Shown piece by piece: positions 34,099 through 43,692 of a stretch of 51,884 bases of DNA. The stretch spans positions 1-51,884 of the IMG/VR virus record IMGVR_UViG_3300011444_000001. One strand, written 5' to 3'. Position 1 is the first letter of the stretch. Every line of letters starts with the position of its first letter. The position numbers and the translations under genes are program-made. The stretch is from a virus. Taxonomy: Duplodnaviria > Caudoviricetes. The notes below the pieces were generated by a model that was given only the letters and a program-made list of their open reading frames with translations, did not search any database and had not been told where the DNA came from.

Positions 34099-35882
34099 CT
34101 ATAGGCACGGTACGAGTCCCCAACGAGGGTCCAAAGGATGCTCGAATCTATCTCGTTGGTGAAGGACCAGGTGCAGATGAGGCTGATGCCGGACGGCCGT
34201 TTGTTGGTGTCTCGGGTCTTAAACTTAGAGGTTGTCTTGCTCGGAACGGAGTTGTTGAAGATACCGTTCGATTCTGCAATCTGGTCCAGTACCGTCCGCC
34301 TAATAACAAGTTCGAAGCAATCCTCCGTACTCGTGAGTTGGAAGCCGGAATCGAGGAGCTTGCTGCTGACATTAGAGAGTTTCGTCCTAATGTCGTCGCC
34401 GCGCTTGGAAATTGGCCCCTCTATTACCTCACTGGTCGAAGAGGCAAAAAAGCAGTTGGCACAGGTATTGGAAAGTGGCGAGGATCAATTCTCCCTTGTA
34501 TTCTCCCCGGCTGTGAGGGAGTGAAAGTTGTCGCCTCATATCATCCCGCCTACGTGGTCAGACAACCGACCGCCTATCCTATATTCGATACTGATATTAA
34601 GCGGGTCGTTCATGATGCCGCCTTCCCCGAACTCAGGTATCCTGAGCGCAACCTCGTACTGGACCCGCGCGGAGAGTTACTGGACGAATGGACCGAGCGT
34701 CTTTGCTCAGCTGAATTCCTTGCCGTTGACATTGAGACTGTTAAGAGGACAGCACATATCCTCTGTGTCGGCTTCAGCCCTGATCCTTTTACGTCTGTTG
34801 TCATCTCACATTCAAGCACTGACTTTGCTCGGCGAGAAGCCATTGATCGGATTCTAAGGAGTCCGGCCAAGAAAGTGTTTCACAATGGGGGAACGTTCGA
34901 CATTCCAATCCTGGAGATCAACGACTATGAAGTCGTCAACTATTTCTGGGATACGATGGTGGCTCAACATGTTATGTGGGGCGAACTCCCGAAGTCTCTG
35001 GATTACCTGGCATCTGTGCATACTCGACAGCCATATTATAAGACTGCGGGCCGTGCTGAGATTCCCGACGATGCTAAGGGATGGTCAGAGAAGTTTGACC
35101 GTAACGCTCTCTATGAATACAACGGAACAGATACAAGCGTTACTGCCGAAGTATTTTTGGCGCAGCAAGAGGACTTCAGGACAGGTCCTTGGCAATGGCA
35201 GCGCGTCTTCGATTTCGAGATGTCCGAGTTTGAAGCTGCCGCAACCATCAGCAAAACTGGAATGATGATCGACTTGAAGCGCCGTGAAATCCTTAAGCGG
35301 GCGCTCCAAGCCAAGTGGGCCATCATCCAATTCGTGTTGAACAATCTTGTCAAGTTGAAGGTGAACGTTAACAGTCCAAAGCAGATGAGAACATTACTCT
35401 ATGACAAGGATAAACTTGGCCTACCACCGCGTAAGGATCATGAGGGTAACCTGACGACAGATGAAGATGCTATCGTCAGTCTCATTGCCTTCGCCAAAGA
35501 TAAGCTCAACAAGCTCAAGCCAGGTGGCAACGCCAATGCGTTTTGGCAACTTCGAGTTGATGCACTCAATTCTATACTTCTCATACGTGGTATACGAAAA
35601 CTCCTGTCATCCTACATCAATATCAGAATATCTGATGACGGACGTTTGCGAGCAACTTTTAAGCCTGTATCAACCGAGACAGGGCGCTGGGCTTGTGCCG
35701 TTTACTTCGATGGTACAGGCACAAATGCTCAAACGTTTCCTCGTGAAGTGTTTGAGCTTAAGAACTACGAGGACGATCCATTCTTGAAAGAGATGCTACC
35801 ATACATTCTTGAGAGTGAGGCGGAGGATGTGGGTATCGAAATTGATGAGGCTGTTGAAACGGAAGAGGCAGTCGCAGTTTAA
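34095..35882 (+). CDS. polA: DNA polymerase A, N-terminal part: family-4 UDG-like domain, 3'-5' exonuclease and thumb
   Basis: VGEGPG..E...GRPFVG and YHPAY; DIET, HN...FD, YNGTD; NVNSPKQ; TETGRW...NAQTFP. Confidence 0.9.
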   Translation: MTIGTVRVPNEGPKDARIYLVGEGPGADEADAGRPFVGVSGLKLRGCLARNGVVEDTVRFCNLVQYRPPNNKFEAILRTRELEAGIEELAADIREFRPNVVAALGNWPLYYLTGRRGKKAVGTGIGKWRGSILPCILPGCEGVKVVASYHPAYVVRQPTAYPIFDTDIKRVVHDAAFPELRYPERNLVLDPRGELLDEWTERLCSAEFLAVDIETVKRTAHILCVGFSPDPFTSVVISHSSTDFARREAIDRILRSPAKKVFHNGGTFDIPILEINDYEVVNYFWDTMVAQHVMWGELPKSLDYLASVHTRQPYYKTAGRAEIPDDAKGWSEKFDRNALYEYNGTDTSVTAEVFLAQQEDFRTGPWQWQRVFDFEMSEFEAAATISKTGMMIDLKRREILKRALQAKWAIIQFVLNNLVKLKVNVNSPKQMRTLLYDKDKLGLPPRKDHEGNLTTDEDAIVSLIAFAKDKLNKLKPGGNANAFWQLRVDALNSILLIRGIRKLLSSYINIRISDDGRLRATFKPVSTETGRWACAVYFDGTGTNAQTFPREVFELKNYEDDPFLKEMLPYILESEAEDVGIEIDEAVETEEAVAV

Positions 35883-35884
35883 CC

Positions 35885-36115
35885 TTGGAGAAATCTATGT
35901 TTCCATTATGGCCAACCGAACGTATTTGTCCAAGCTGCGAAGGCCATTGTGAGATCGCTGCTGGATATGATTACGAAACGGGGACGCCGGACTCGTACAC
36001 TTGCTCCGATTGTGGTGGGACAGGGGTGATGCTGTGGATGATGCCAAGCACAAAAGAAGCCGAACGGAGATTCCGTAAGTTCATCGAGGAACTCATACCG
36101 ATCACGGAGTTGTGA
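35885..36115 (+). CDS. Zn-finger protein (DnaJ-like CxxCxGxG) between the polA parts
   Basis: CPSCEG...CSDCGGTG. Confidence 0.55.
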   Translation: MEKSMFPLWPTERICPSCEGHCEIAAGYDYETGTPDSYTCSDCGGTGVMLWMMPSTKEAERRFRKFIEELIPITEL

Positions 36116-36300
36116 TGCCAGTTCGTATTCCTATCAGCGCCGCCCGACGTGTAGCTGATCTACACGAATTGCGTCAGGTCATCATCATAGCCTGGGATGG
36201 CGAGCGCACACACATCGTTACCTATGGACAGACCAGGCAAGAGTGCAAGATGGCTGCCGAAGGTGGCGAGCGCATAGCTAAGTTTCTGGAATTGAAGTGA
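36112..36300 (+). CDS. Small hypothetical protein between the polA parts
   Basis: IPISAARRVA...QVIIIAWD...THIVTYG; GTGA overlaps at both ends. Confidence 0.6.
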   Translation: MMPVRIPISAARRVADLHELRQVIIIAWDGERTHIVTYGQTRQECKMAAEGGERIAKFLELK

Positions 36301-37178
36301 TCGACCGCGCACAGTCTCACGAAAAGATACCAATTCGGAGCATGATTATATGTCCCGAGGACTGTTACCTTGTCAACTTCGATCTAGCTCAAGCAGAATC
36401 ATGGGTAGTTGCATACCTCGCGAACGAACCTACGATGAAGTACGTGTTGGCAAATGGTGATCTCCACCGTGAAACAGCACAGCGAGCGTTCGAGAGTTAC
36501 ACGGATGAACAATGGGAAAGGATCATATCAAGTGAGCGAAAAGCCCGCCGATACACAGGTAAGCGATATAATCACGCAACAGCATATCGAATGGGTCCTG
36601 GGCGAGCTTGCGAAGTTATTAACAAAGACTCAGACAAACCGCCCTTTGTTACGGTTACTCATGCGGAATCGAAAGTCTTTTACAAGAAGTGGCATGACTA
36701 CTACCATATTCAAGGTTGGTGGGATGAGATTGAATATCTGCTTAACCAAACGCGGACTCTTGTCACACCTTACGATCGTCTCAGATATTTCTTTGCCCCC
36801 TGGGGAAACGAACTCTTTAGAGAAGCCACAGCCTACGTCCCGCAGTCAACCGTAGGCGATCACATGAACGGTGCTGTTCAGGTTGGTGTGAATGGTCCGG
36901 GTGGCGTAATCGAAGTACACAAGCAATTTGTGGAGCCGGGACTAATCAAGATTATTAATCAGTCTCACGACTCCATCCTGTGCGAGATTCCGCGTGACTC
37001 AGTCTTGACTTTAGCGCCGGAAATAGTTAAATTGCTTCTTCGCCCGTTGGTCATTAAAGACGAGGAGTTCACAATTCCTGTCGATTGCGAGATTGGCTTC
37101 AGGTGGGGAGAATTGGAAGAGCAGCATCGCCTGCTTGGATCATACGACATCGAATGGAAACTACCGGAGGCGGCATGA
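36297..37178 (+). CDS. polA: DNA polymerase A, C-terminal catalytic part
   Basis: Motif A FDLAQAE, motif B RYTGKRYNHATAY, motif C QSHDSI. Confidence 0.92.
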   Translation: MIDRAQSHEKIPIRSMIICPEDCYLVNFDLAQAESWVVAYLANEPTMKYVLANGDLHRETAQRAFESYTDEQWERIISSERKARRYTGKRYNHATAYRMGPGRACEVINKDSDKPPFVTVTHAESKVFYKKWHDYYHIQGWWDEIEYLLNQTRTLVTPYDRLRYFFAPWGNELFREATAYVPQSTVGDHMNGAVQVGVNGPGGVIEVHKQFVEPGLIKIINQSHDSILCEIPRDSVLTLAPEIVKLLLRPLVIKDEEFTIPVDCEIGFRWGELEEQHRLLGSYDIEWKLPEAA

Positions 37179-37465
37179 TGGAAGAGTGCAGAGTGACAAC
37201 GAGATTGATGAATGAGATCGTTGCATCATTCACTCTCAATCAACGCCCTTGGCCCGCGTTCTCTGCTGACAGGATTGAGGTCATGGCGAGATGGTGGGGT
37301 GCTGTACCGAAGGAAGCGATATATAAGGGTTTCGACGCAGACACAGACGAGCTGATTTTCGTCAGGTCATTTTACGTTGACGATCCATATGTCAAGATTC
37401 CTTGGTGGAAGAAATGGTGGGTTCACCGCAGAATCAAGAAGTGGTATAGGAGAATCTTCAATTGA
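37175..37465 (+). CDS. Hypothetical protein
   Basis: GGAGG RBS; ATGA overlap with the polA stop. Confidence 0.5.
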   Translation: MMEECRVTTRLMNEIVASFTLNQRPWPAFSADRIEVMARWWGAVPKEAIYKGFDADTDELIFVRSFYVDDPYVKIPWWKKWWVHRRIKKWYRRIFN

Positions 37466-37839
37466 GAGTGTACGTCGCAGGACCGATAAGCAAAGGGCCT
37501 CTCGAGAGGAATATTAGGCGTGCTCTTGATGCAGCCAACGTGCTGATGCACAATGGATTTCATCCGTATACACCGCATCTGCATTGCTTCATGGACATCA
37601 CGCACCCGCATGAATACGAGAGGTGGATGACACTTGGCTTTGCTTTCATTCCAGCCTGCGAAGCTGTCTTTAGGCTCGACGGAGAATCTTCCGGCGCCGA
37701 CAGAGAATGTGAGTTCGCCGCAGCAATCGGAATCCCTGTCTTCAACAGCATCGAAAGTCTCATCGGCTACCGTGACAAAAACGAGAAAGTGCGAGAACTG
37801 GCTCCTGACGTTTCGGGAGTGGAGTCTCCCTCGGAGTGA
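37462..37839 (+). CDS. Nucleoside 2-deoxyribosyltransferase-like protein (DUF4406 type)
   Basis: RVYVAGPIS...PYTPH...CEAVFRLDGESSGADRE. Confidence 0.75.
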   Translation: MRVYVAGPISKGPLERNIRRALDAANVLMHNGFHPYTPHLHCFMDITHPHEYERWMTLGFAFIPACEAVFRLDGESSGADRECEFAAAIGIPVFNSIESLIGYRDKNEKVRELAPDVSGVESPSE

Positions 37840-38977
37840 AGCGCCCGAATCATTCCATCTGTGGGCCGGGCTATTCACGATGGCGAGTGTATTAAAGAGG
37901 AGAGTGAAGGTTCCCAAGCGTATCCTCGGGGGATGGGAAGTAAGTCCGACACTCTATATCATCTTCGTCGCTCCGCCAGGTAAAGCACGGAAGAGTACGA
38001 CGGCGAACTACTCTGAGGAACTTCTCTCAGCTGTCCCAACAACGGAACGGGTTGCCACAAGCATTACTAAAGAACAACTGTTGAAGAAGCTGTCAGAAGT
38101 GGATGACTCGTCGTTGTCCATCTTCTCGTCCGAGTTCGCCATGTTCATCCAGAAGTCGGGACATGACATGTATGATGTGCTCACCCACTTATTTGATGCC
38201 AACCGGGATGTATCAGTTGAAACACTTGGCCGTGGCTTGGATTTTGCTGAGAAACCGTGTGTCAACTTACTGGCCTGTACTACGCCAGACTGGATCTCCA
38301 ATAATATGCCTGAGCACGTTATCGGAGGTGGATTTGCAAGCCGAGTCGTTTTCGTTTTCGAGGAGGACGTTCGACGCTACCAGATGTATTACGATCGTCT
38401 CGGAATAGATTGGGAGAAGCAGACAGAAATGAAGGAGGACCTGATCCACGATCTGATGCACCTCGCTGTCAATCTCCAAGGTGAGTTCGAGATTGACGAT
38501 GATGTTCGCGTGTTCATGGATGGAGAGGAGGGCTGGTACCGTGGCATCGCCAAACAAAAAACAGCAGCTGGAGATAATTATCGGCTGCAAGGGTACTTTG
38601 AGCGTAAACCAGCACACGTGCATAAGATCGCAATGCTGCTACATCTTGCTTACTCTGATGATCTCGTGCTCACGTTGCGAGACATCCAAGGTGCTATCGC
38701 CATATTGGACGACCTCGAATTAAAGATGCCGAGGACGTTCGCCAATATTGGAAGGAACGTCTACGCAACTGACATGAATCGAATGCTAGAGTTCGTGAAG
38801 AAGCGAGGAGAATGTAGCAAGAGAGACTTGAAGGCGAACTTCTATCAATCAGCTGACCCGATCAAACTTGAGCAGCTTATTCAGGGCTTGATTGATATGG
38901 GGAAAGTGAGACTGTTCATCGACTCGGACGATCCACATAATCAAGCGAAGGCGAGGCTGGTATACAATGGTAAATGA
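37772..38977 (+). CDS. DUF3987-type P-loop ATPase, putative replicative helicase with a C-terminal winged helix
   Basis: APPGKARKST, SSEF, LLACTTP, GGFASR; likely GTG start at 37772. Confidence 0.75.
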   Translation: MTKTRKCENWLLTFREWSLPRSEAPESFHLWAGLFTMASVLKRRVKVPKRILGGWEVSPTLYIIFVAPPGKARKSTTANYSEELLSAVPTTERVATSITKEQLLKKLSEVDDSSLSIFSSEFAMFIQKSGHDMYDVLTHLFDANRDVSVETLGRGLDFAEKPCVNLLACTTPDWISNNMPEHVIGGGFASRVVFVFEEDVRRYQMYYDRLGIDWEKQTEMKEDLIHDLMHLAVNLQGEFEIDDDVRVFMDGEEGWYRGIAKQKTAAGDNYRLQGYFERKPAHVHKIAMLLHLAYSDDLVLTLRDIQGAIAILDDLELKMPRTFANIGRNVYATDMNRMLEFVKKRGECSKRDLKANFYQSADPIKLEQLIQGLIDMGKVRLFIDSDDPHNQAKARLVYNGK

Positions 38978-39194
38978 ACTCAACATCGAGTATCTGTGTC
39001 CTCGTCCTGGATTAAGGCTTACATATCCGAACGATGACATCGCTGGACTATCCAAAGAGCAGATCATGGAAATGTCAGACCTGCTCTTTGCGACATACGA
39101 CAAGAAGTTGGCAGAGTTGAAAGCTACTCCGTCACTATACCTCCCGGATTCAACAGGGACTCGTTCTCTGTCGAACGAACCCCAAAAGCCCTGA
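38967..39194 (+). CDS. Hypothetical protein, last gene of the rightward block
   Basis: Overlaps the previous stop and converges on the late block. Confidence 0.45.
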   Translation: MVNELNIEYLCPRPGLRLTYPNDDIAGLSKEQIMEMSDLLFATYDKKLAELKATPSLYLPDSTGTRSLSNEPQKP

Positions 39195-42100
39195 GCCATG
39201 CACTCACCGGAGAGTCACCGTTCTCGGCCATCGTTGCACCTTCGTAAATATCACGAAGCAGGAACGATCCTGGAACTCCTAGCATCGGCAATTGAGTTAA
39301 CGCCCGAGTGGCGTCACGCTCTGCTGATGGATATGCTTGTCCCGCTCCAATCGCAGCAGCAAGCAGACCGAACGCTGGACCTCCGCGGAATAGTGACGAG
39401 CCGGGCACACCAAGAACAATCTCCGTCGCAGCCTTCTGGTATTCAGCAGTTTCCTCTTCATCGTAGCTATCGGTGGCTGCCGCTAGATGCTGACCGGCGC
39501 TAACGAGTGGCGCAGCAGTCGGGAGATACCATGAGTTCAGATTCAGGCCCAAGGCCGCTGATGCCAGAGCAAGACTTCCTTGAGATATTCCAAACCGAAC
39601 TGCAACTCTTGTGCGTTCTGCTCGCGTTCCTCGTGATAGCATTCTTGCTAGTGTTGTCCGTGCCCATACAGGCCAGTTCCCGAATTGTCCAAAGAGTCGT
39701 CCGGTATTTGTTCCCCAACCAGCAGGATGATTAGCTAGGCCGAAGGTAGAAACAGTCTCGAAGGAAGTTGCTCTTCCGAGGAAGTCGGCTGCGTCTCTGA
39801 ACTTTCCTTCCGTGACAAGCTTATCAAAATATGCAGCAACAGGAGGATCGTAAGAATTAAGAAAAAGATTGTCATACGCTCTAGACTTGGCACCGTCACC
39901 CGTACCGTATTCGAGGTTCGCGAGCTTGTTGAGTTCGGCCATAGCTCTAGTTGAGCTTTCGAGGTAGCTCGCCGCGTGCGCCCATTGGTAGACATTGTGC
40001 TGGAGCCCCCACTTAATGCCAGCGTCCGCAGTCTTTTGGATCGCCTCACGGAACGGCTGAGTACGAGCCGCGATTGAATTCTGCAAGCGTTCTTGTGCAG
40101 TGAGAACCGAGATAGGACCGAGGGTTGGGATCGTACCTTCTCTTGCCATCGCTGCTGATGCACTCTCTCCAATCTCAGACTTAGCGATGATTCCAGCCTG
40201 TTCCAACTCCTGTGGTGTAACTCTCGACATCATAGTATAGAGATTACTGAGGCGTTCAGCACCGAACCGTGTGTAGAAAGTCGAGGAGAAGTTATGGAAA
40301 TCTCGAATCCCTTGCACAGGACGGAAGCCAATCGTCGCAGACGACGAGAGCGATAGCCAGGTATTCACGATGTCTCGGCGCACAGATACATCTGACTTTG
40401 CACCCATACGATCGAGAACACCATTGATGATCTTCTCCGCGAATGATGTTGAGGCGTGTGGAATGCCACGGAGTTCGTTGACGTAGTTCTCCGTGAGCAA
40501 ACGCTTGACGTAGTCACCGTGCGCAGGATCAGTCATCTGCGCTGTCGTGTGGTTTATGTACTCGTAGGCGTTGTCGAGTGCTGCCTTCGTGAACCGATTG
40601 GAGTAACCAGAGTTGATGTACCGTGCGAGGACGTTGATCGGATCACGATCAAACTCCGACATCTCTCCAGTCCTCAACAATTCACTTGTAAAGACTGGAG
40701 CACCGTCACGCCCTGCGATGATCTCGTCGTTCTTGAAATTACGCAGATGTGCGAAGTATCCACCGAGTCGCTGCTCGTCTGGAATATCGAACGTATCTGC
40801 GAGATCGTTGAAGTGACTCCCAACTTCATCCAGCACCTTCCGCATCTTCACACCAGCTTCGGTGTCTGCGGCGGGAAAGTTCTTAGCGACGTAATCAGCC
40901 TGGTTCGTGTGTCCATCCATCACCGCTTCCGCAAGACGGAGGATGCCATAGATCGAGAGTTCGCCGGGCTTATTGATGCGTTCAACCTCGCCAATAATCC
41001 TCGCAGCCTCGATATGAGCTTCGTCCATCGCGAGCGATGCTTGGAGTTTGTGGACTGCTTCAGCTTTGTCAGCTTCTGGTAGCCGATAGAAACGTGGATT
41101 GTTCTCCAGCTTCTTCAGGCCGCGGAAATATTGCCAGGTCTTAGGAATGTCGATCTGATTCTCGATGAACCATTGTGCGCCAGAGATTTCACGAGGATTA
41201 AATCCACGAGTAAAGAGCCCGCCAGGCTTAATCATATCGTCAGGGCTGAACGTCTCACGCGCTATTGTGACTTGCTCCAGCTGCTCCGGGGACAATCCTC
41301 GTGCAAGTCTCGAAGTCTCTGCCAGTCGCACCATATCTCCATGCATGTTCGCATACTTGCGGAGATGTGCGATCTGCAGTGGATTGTAGACCTGCGTGAA
41401 GAACTCTGTCCCAAGCTGATTGTCCAACGAGATCATGACCTGCCGCATCCCTGTGAACTTTGTCCCAATAGAAGAGACGTTGAATGCGTCACGCAGATCA
41501 CCAAACCAGCCATTGCTATGTGGATTCCACGCTGATGTATGTGGTCCATTCGGAGGAGGCGGAACAGGAATCAGACCACGGTTCACACCATCGGGAATAC
41601 CATTTGGCGTGAAATCTGCGCCATGCATCTCGACAGTGTTCTGGACAAACTGGAGCGCTTCCTCTGGAGAGTGAGCCAGCTCCAGGTATGATCCGTGTTC
41701 CGAATCACGAACGATCAGCGCACCATTCTGACGCTCGATATACATGCCGTTCGATGTGGCGGCATCCACCAGATCATTGGCAGTCTTTTCACGGTGACGC
41801 GAAGATTCAGCAACGAGCTTCCGGTACTGTGCTCTCTCCTTCGGATCGAGAGCTTCATTACGGAGCATCTCGCCATAGCGATCAGACAAGAAGCGATGAA
41901 GGGCAGAGGTCACTCTGGGATTCAACTGCCTGTTGGCGACGTAGCCAGAGACGAGATCCGAGAACTTACCCTCCGGGATGCCTCCACCAGTTCGCTTGTC
42001 CACCCAATCGGTGAAGGCCCGAAACAGTTCTTTCTGTGCTTGTGGCTTGTCGAAGTGATATGAATTGATCGCCATGTCAGGACCGTGGCGAAGCTGATCC

Positions 42101-43692
42101 CACGGCACCTCAACGATGTGACCATTGGTGTCCATGATCTTGTGATGTGTGAGGTTTCCTTTCGCATCGATCACAGGATCAACGTAGTGGTAATCGTTCC
42201 CGAGGAAGCCGACGACTTCGTGAGGAAAGTAACCACTAACTTGGAATGTCGAGATGGCGTGCTTGCGGGCAGCTTCAGCCTCCAGCACACTTGTTGGATG
42301 CTCCGTTGGAATCTCAATATCAGGAACCCCGAACGCTATATCCTTGAGTCCATCCGGGCGCTCGTGAATTACGCTCGATTCACTTGGACGAAACTTCCTC
42401 ACACCCTGCACAACGATTGGCCCACCATGACTCACGTGCTCCGCAGCTGCCGCGAGGTCATCAGCGTTGCGCAGAGCAAGGAACGTGTTGACTCCGTTCT
42501 CCAGCGAGATACCGGAGGCAGCTTGATACTGACGAAGCAGCGACAAGTTACTGGCATCCACGATGGATTGTGAGATAGGACCAATCTTCTTACTCCGAAT
42601 TCGTCCCATCACACCTTCGAAGGCAACACCAGCTGGCAGCGCCATGAGAGCGTATGTCGCCATCATGTTGCGGCTTTCTTCAGGTGTCGTACCAGAGAAC
42701 GCTCCGGTCGTTGCACCACCGACAGCACCCTCAGCTACACCAGTCGCAACCTTGCCCGGAATTGTGGACTCGACACGTATGGCTTTGGGTAAGGTCGCGG
42801 CAACTTGTTCAAGTTCTCCGATTGGAGCTGCGATACCTGCTCTTTCAGACGCAGCAACACCGCCTCGCAGAAGCTCTCGACCGATGCGTAGTTCCTTGAA
42901 CACATTACCAGCGGCTCCTCCTGCGAGGAGCCCGGCGTAATTAGCGATGACTTCACGTTGGTACTGTGCCCTTTCTTCTGGGAGGAGATAGCCAGAGCCA
43001 GGCTCAAGCTGGTCGATCAAGAGTGCGGCTGGTTGCCTCACCAAATCTACGAAGAATTTGGGAAGCCCTACAGCCAGCTCCTTCGCTGTCTCGAGAGGAT
43101 GCGCGAACGGAGTACCAACGTGGAATCCAGATGAATTGTTGTTGTTAAACTCGATGAGCGAGCGGTTCGTGAAGACACGCATGCTCCCAAGCTTCTGCTG
43201 GAGTCCAGCGATACCTGTTGGCGTTGCTCTGATTTCCGCCGTATTCTCCAGGTCCGCGGCGATTTTTTCTGGTGAATGTGCATATGCTTCTGCCTCTCGC
43301 CGCAAACGGTCGGCACGCCCCTCTCCTGGCCGCGTACCGGGCACCAGCGCGCTTGTTGAGACAGCAGCGCCCGTAACGTCGCGCCCGGTCGGTTCGGGGT
43401 TCAGGAAGGCTTGTACGTCGAACTTGGGTGCCTCTACCGGGGGTTGCCGTGACGCAAACACGGAGGCGTCATACGGCGCAGGTTCGGGCTGTCCAACGCG
43501 AGCGACGGCGTCTGCATGAATATCGTTAATCAGAGCTTGGCCTGTCTCCTGGATTGTCTTTTTCCCAGAAGAAAGGTTCTTAACCAAGTCGAGATTCAAC
43601 GGACCAGGAGCAGCTGGCGTTTCCTCGTCTTTAGTCGATAAAGATGAGTCGCCGCGTAGTTTGCTGAAGTCGAAGTTAAGTGGCCCAGTCAT
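39124..43692 (-). CDS. Large internal virion / DNA ejection protein
   Basis: 1522 aa, largely helical; last and largest of three graded ORFs after the tail genes. Confidence 0.7.
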   Translation of the reverse strand: MTGPLNFDFSKLRGDSSLSTKDEETPAAPGPLNLDLVKNLSSGKKTIQETGQALINDIHADAVARVGQPEPAPYDASVFASRQPPVEAPKFDVQAFLNPEPTGRDVTGAAVSTSALVPGTRPGEGRADRLRREAEAYAHSPEKIAADLENTAEIRATPTGIAGLQQKLGSMRVFTNRSLIEFNNNNSSGFHVGTPFAHPLETAKELAVGLPKFFVDLVRQPAALLIDQLEPGSGYLLPEERAQYQREVIANYAGLLAGGAAGNVFKELRIGRELLRGGVAASERAGIAAPIGELEQVAATLPKAIRVESTIPGKVATGVAEGAVGGATTGAFSGTTPEESRNMMATYALMALPAGVAFEGVMGRIRSKKIGPISQSIVDASNLSLLRQYQAASGISLENGVNTFLALRNADDLAAAAEHVSHGGPIVVQGVRKFRPSESSVIHERPDGLKDIAFGVPDIEIPTEHPTSVLEAEAARKHAISTFQVSGYFPHEVVGFLGNDYHYVDPVIDAKGNLTHHKIMDTNGHIVEVPWDQLRHGPDMAINSYHFDKPQAQKELFRAFTDWVDKRTGGGIPEGKFSDLVSGYVANRQLNPRVTSALHRFLSDRYGEMLRNEALDPKERAQYRKLVAESSRHREKTANDLVDAATSNGMYIERQNGALIVRDSEHGSYLELAHSPEEALQFVQNTVEMHGADFTPNGIPDGVNRGLIPVPPPPNGPHTSAWNPHSNGWFGDLRDAFNVSSIGTKFTGMRQVMISLDNQLGTEFFTQVYNPLQIAHLRKYANMHGDMVRLAETSRLARGLSPEQLEQVTIARETFSPDDMIKPGGLFTRGFNPREISGAQWFIENQIDIPKTWQYFRGLKKLENNPRFYRLPEADKAEAVHKLQASLAMDEAHIEAARIIGEVERINKPGELSIYGILRLAEAVMDGHTNQADYVAKNFPAADTEAGVKMRKVLDEVGSHFNDLADTFDIPDEQRLGGYFAHLRNFKNDEIIAGRDGAPVFTSELLRTGEMSEFDRDPINVLARYINSGYSNRFTKAALDNAYEYINHTTAQMTDPAHGDYVKRLLTENYVNELRGIPHASTSFAEKIINGVLDRMGAKSDVSVRRDIVNTWLSLSSSATIGFRPVQGIRDFHNFSSTFYTRFGAERLSNLYTMMSRVTPQELEQAGIIAKSEIGESASAAMAREGTIPTLGPISVLTAQERLQNSIAARTQPFREAIQKTADAGIKWGLQHNVYQWAHAASYLESSTRAMAELNKLANLEYGTGDGAKSRAYDNLFLNSYDPPVAAYFDKLVTEGKFRDAADFLGRATSFETVSTFGLANHPAGWGTNTGRLFGQFGNWPVWARTTLARMLSRGTRAERTRVAVRFGISQGSLALASAALGLNLNSWYLPTAAPLVSAGQHLAAATDSYDEEETAEYQKAATEIVLGVPGSSLFRGGPAFGLLAAAIGAGQAYPSAERDATRALTQLPMLGVPGSFLLRDIYEGATMAENGDSPVSAWLRAFGVRSTENESLLNPGGIVTE
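43624..43648. promoter_or_regulatory. 25-bp dyad motif within the 5' end of the ejection gene
   Basis: CTCGTC TTTAG TCG ATAAA GATGAG. Confidence 0.7.

Noticed and set aside
35730-36340. Group I intron, intein or T4 gene 60-style bypass in polA
   Set aside because: No intron core or intein termini are visible, no stop follows a candidate take-off codon, and the gap holds ordinary coupled ORFs
4763-43648. CRISPR array or intrinsic terminators as the explanation of the 25-bp dyad
   Set aside because: Copies are dispersed, have no spacers or U-tracts, and have AT-rich mismatched arms
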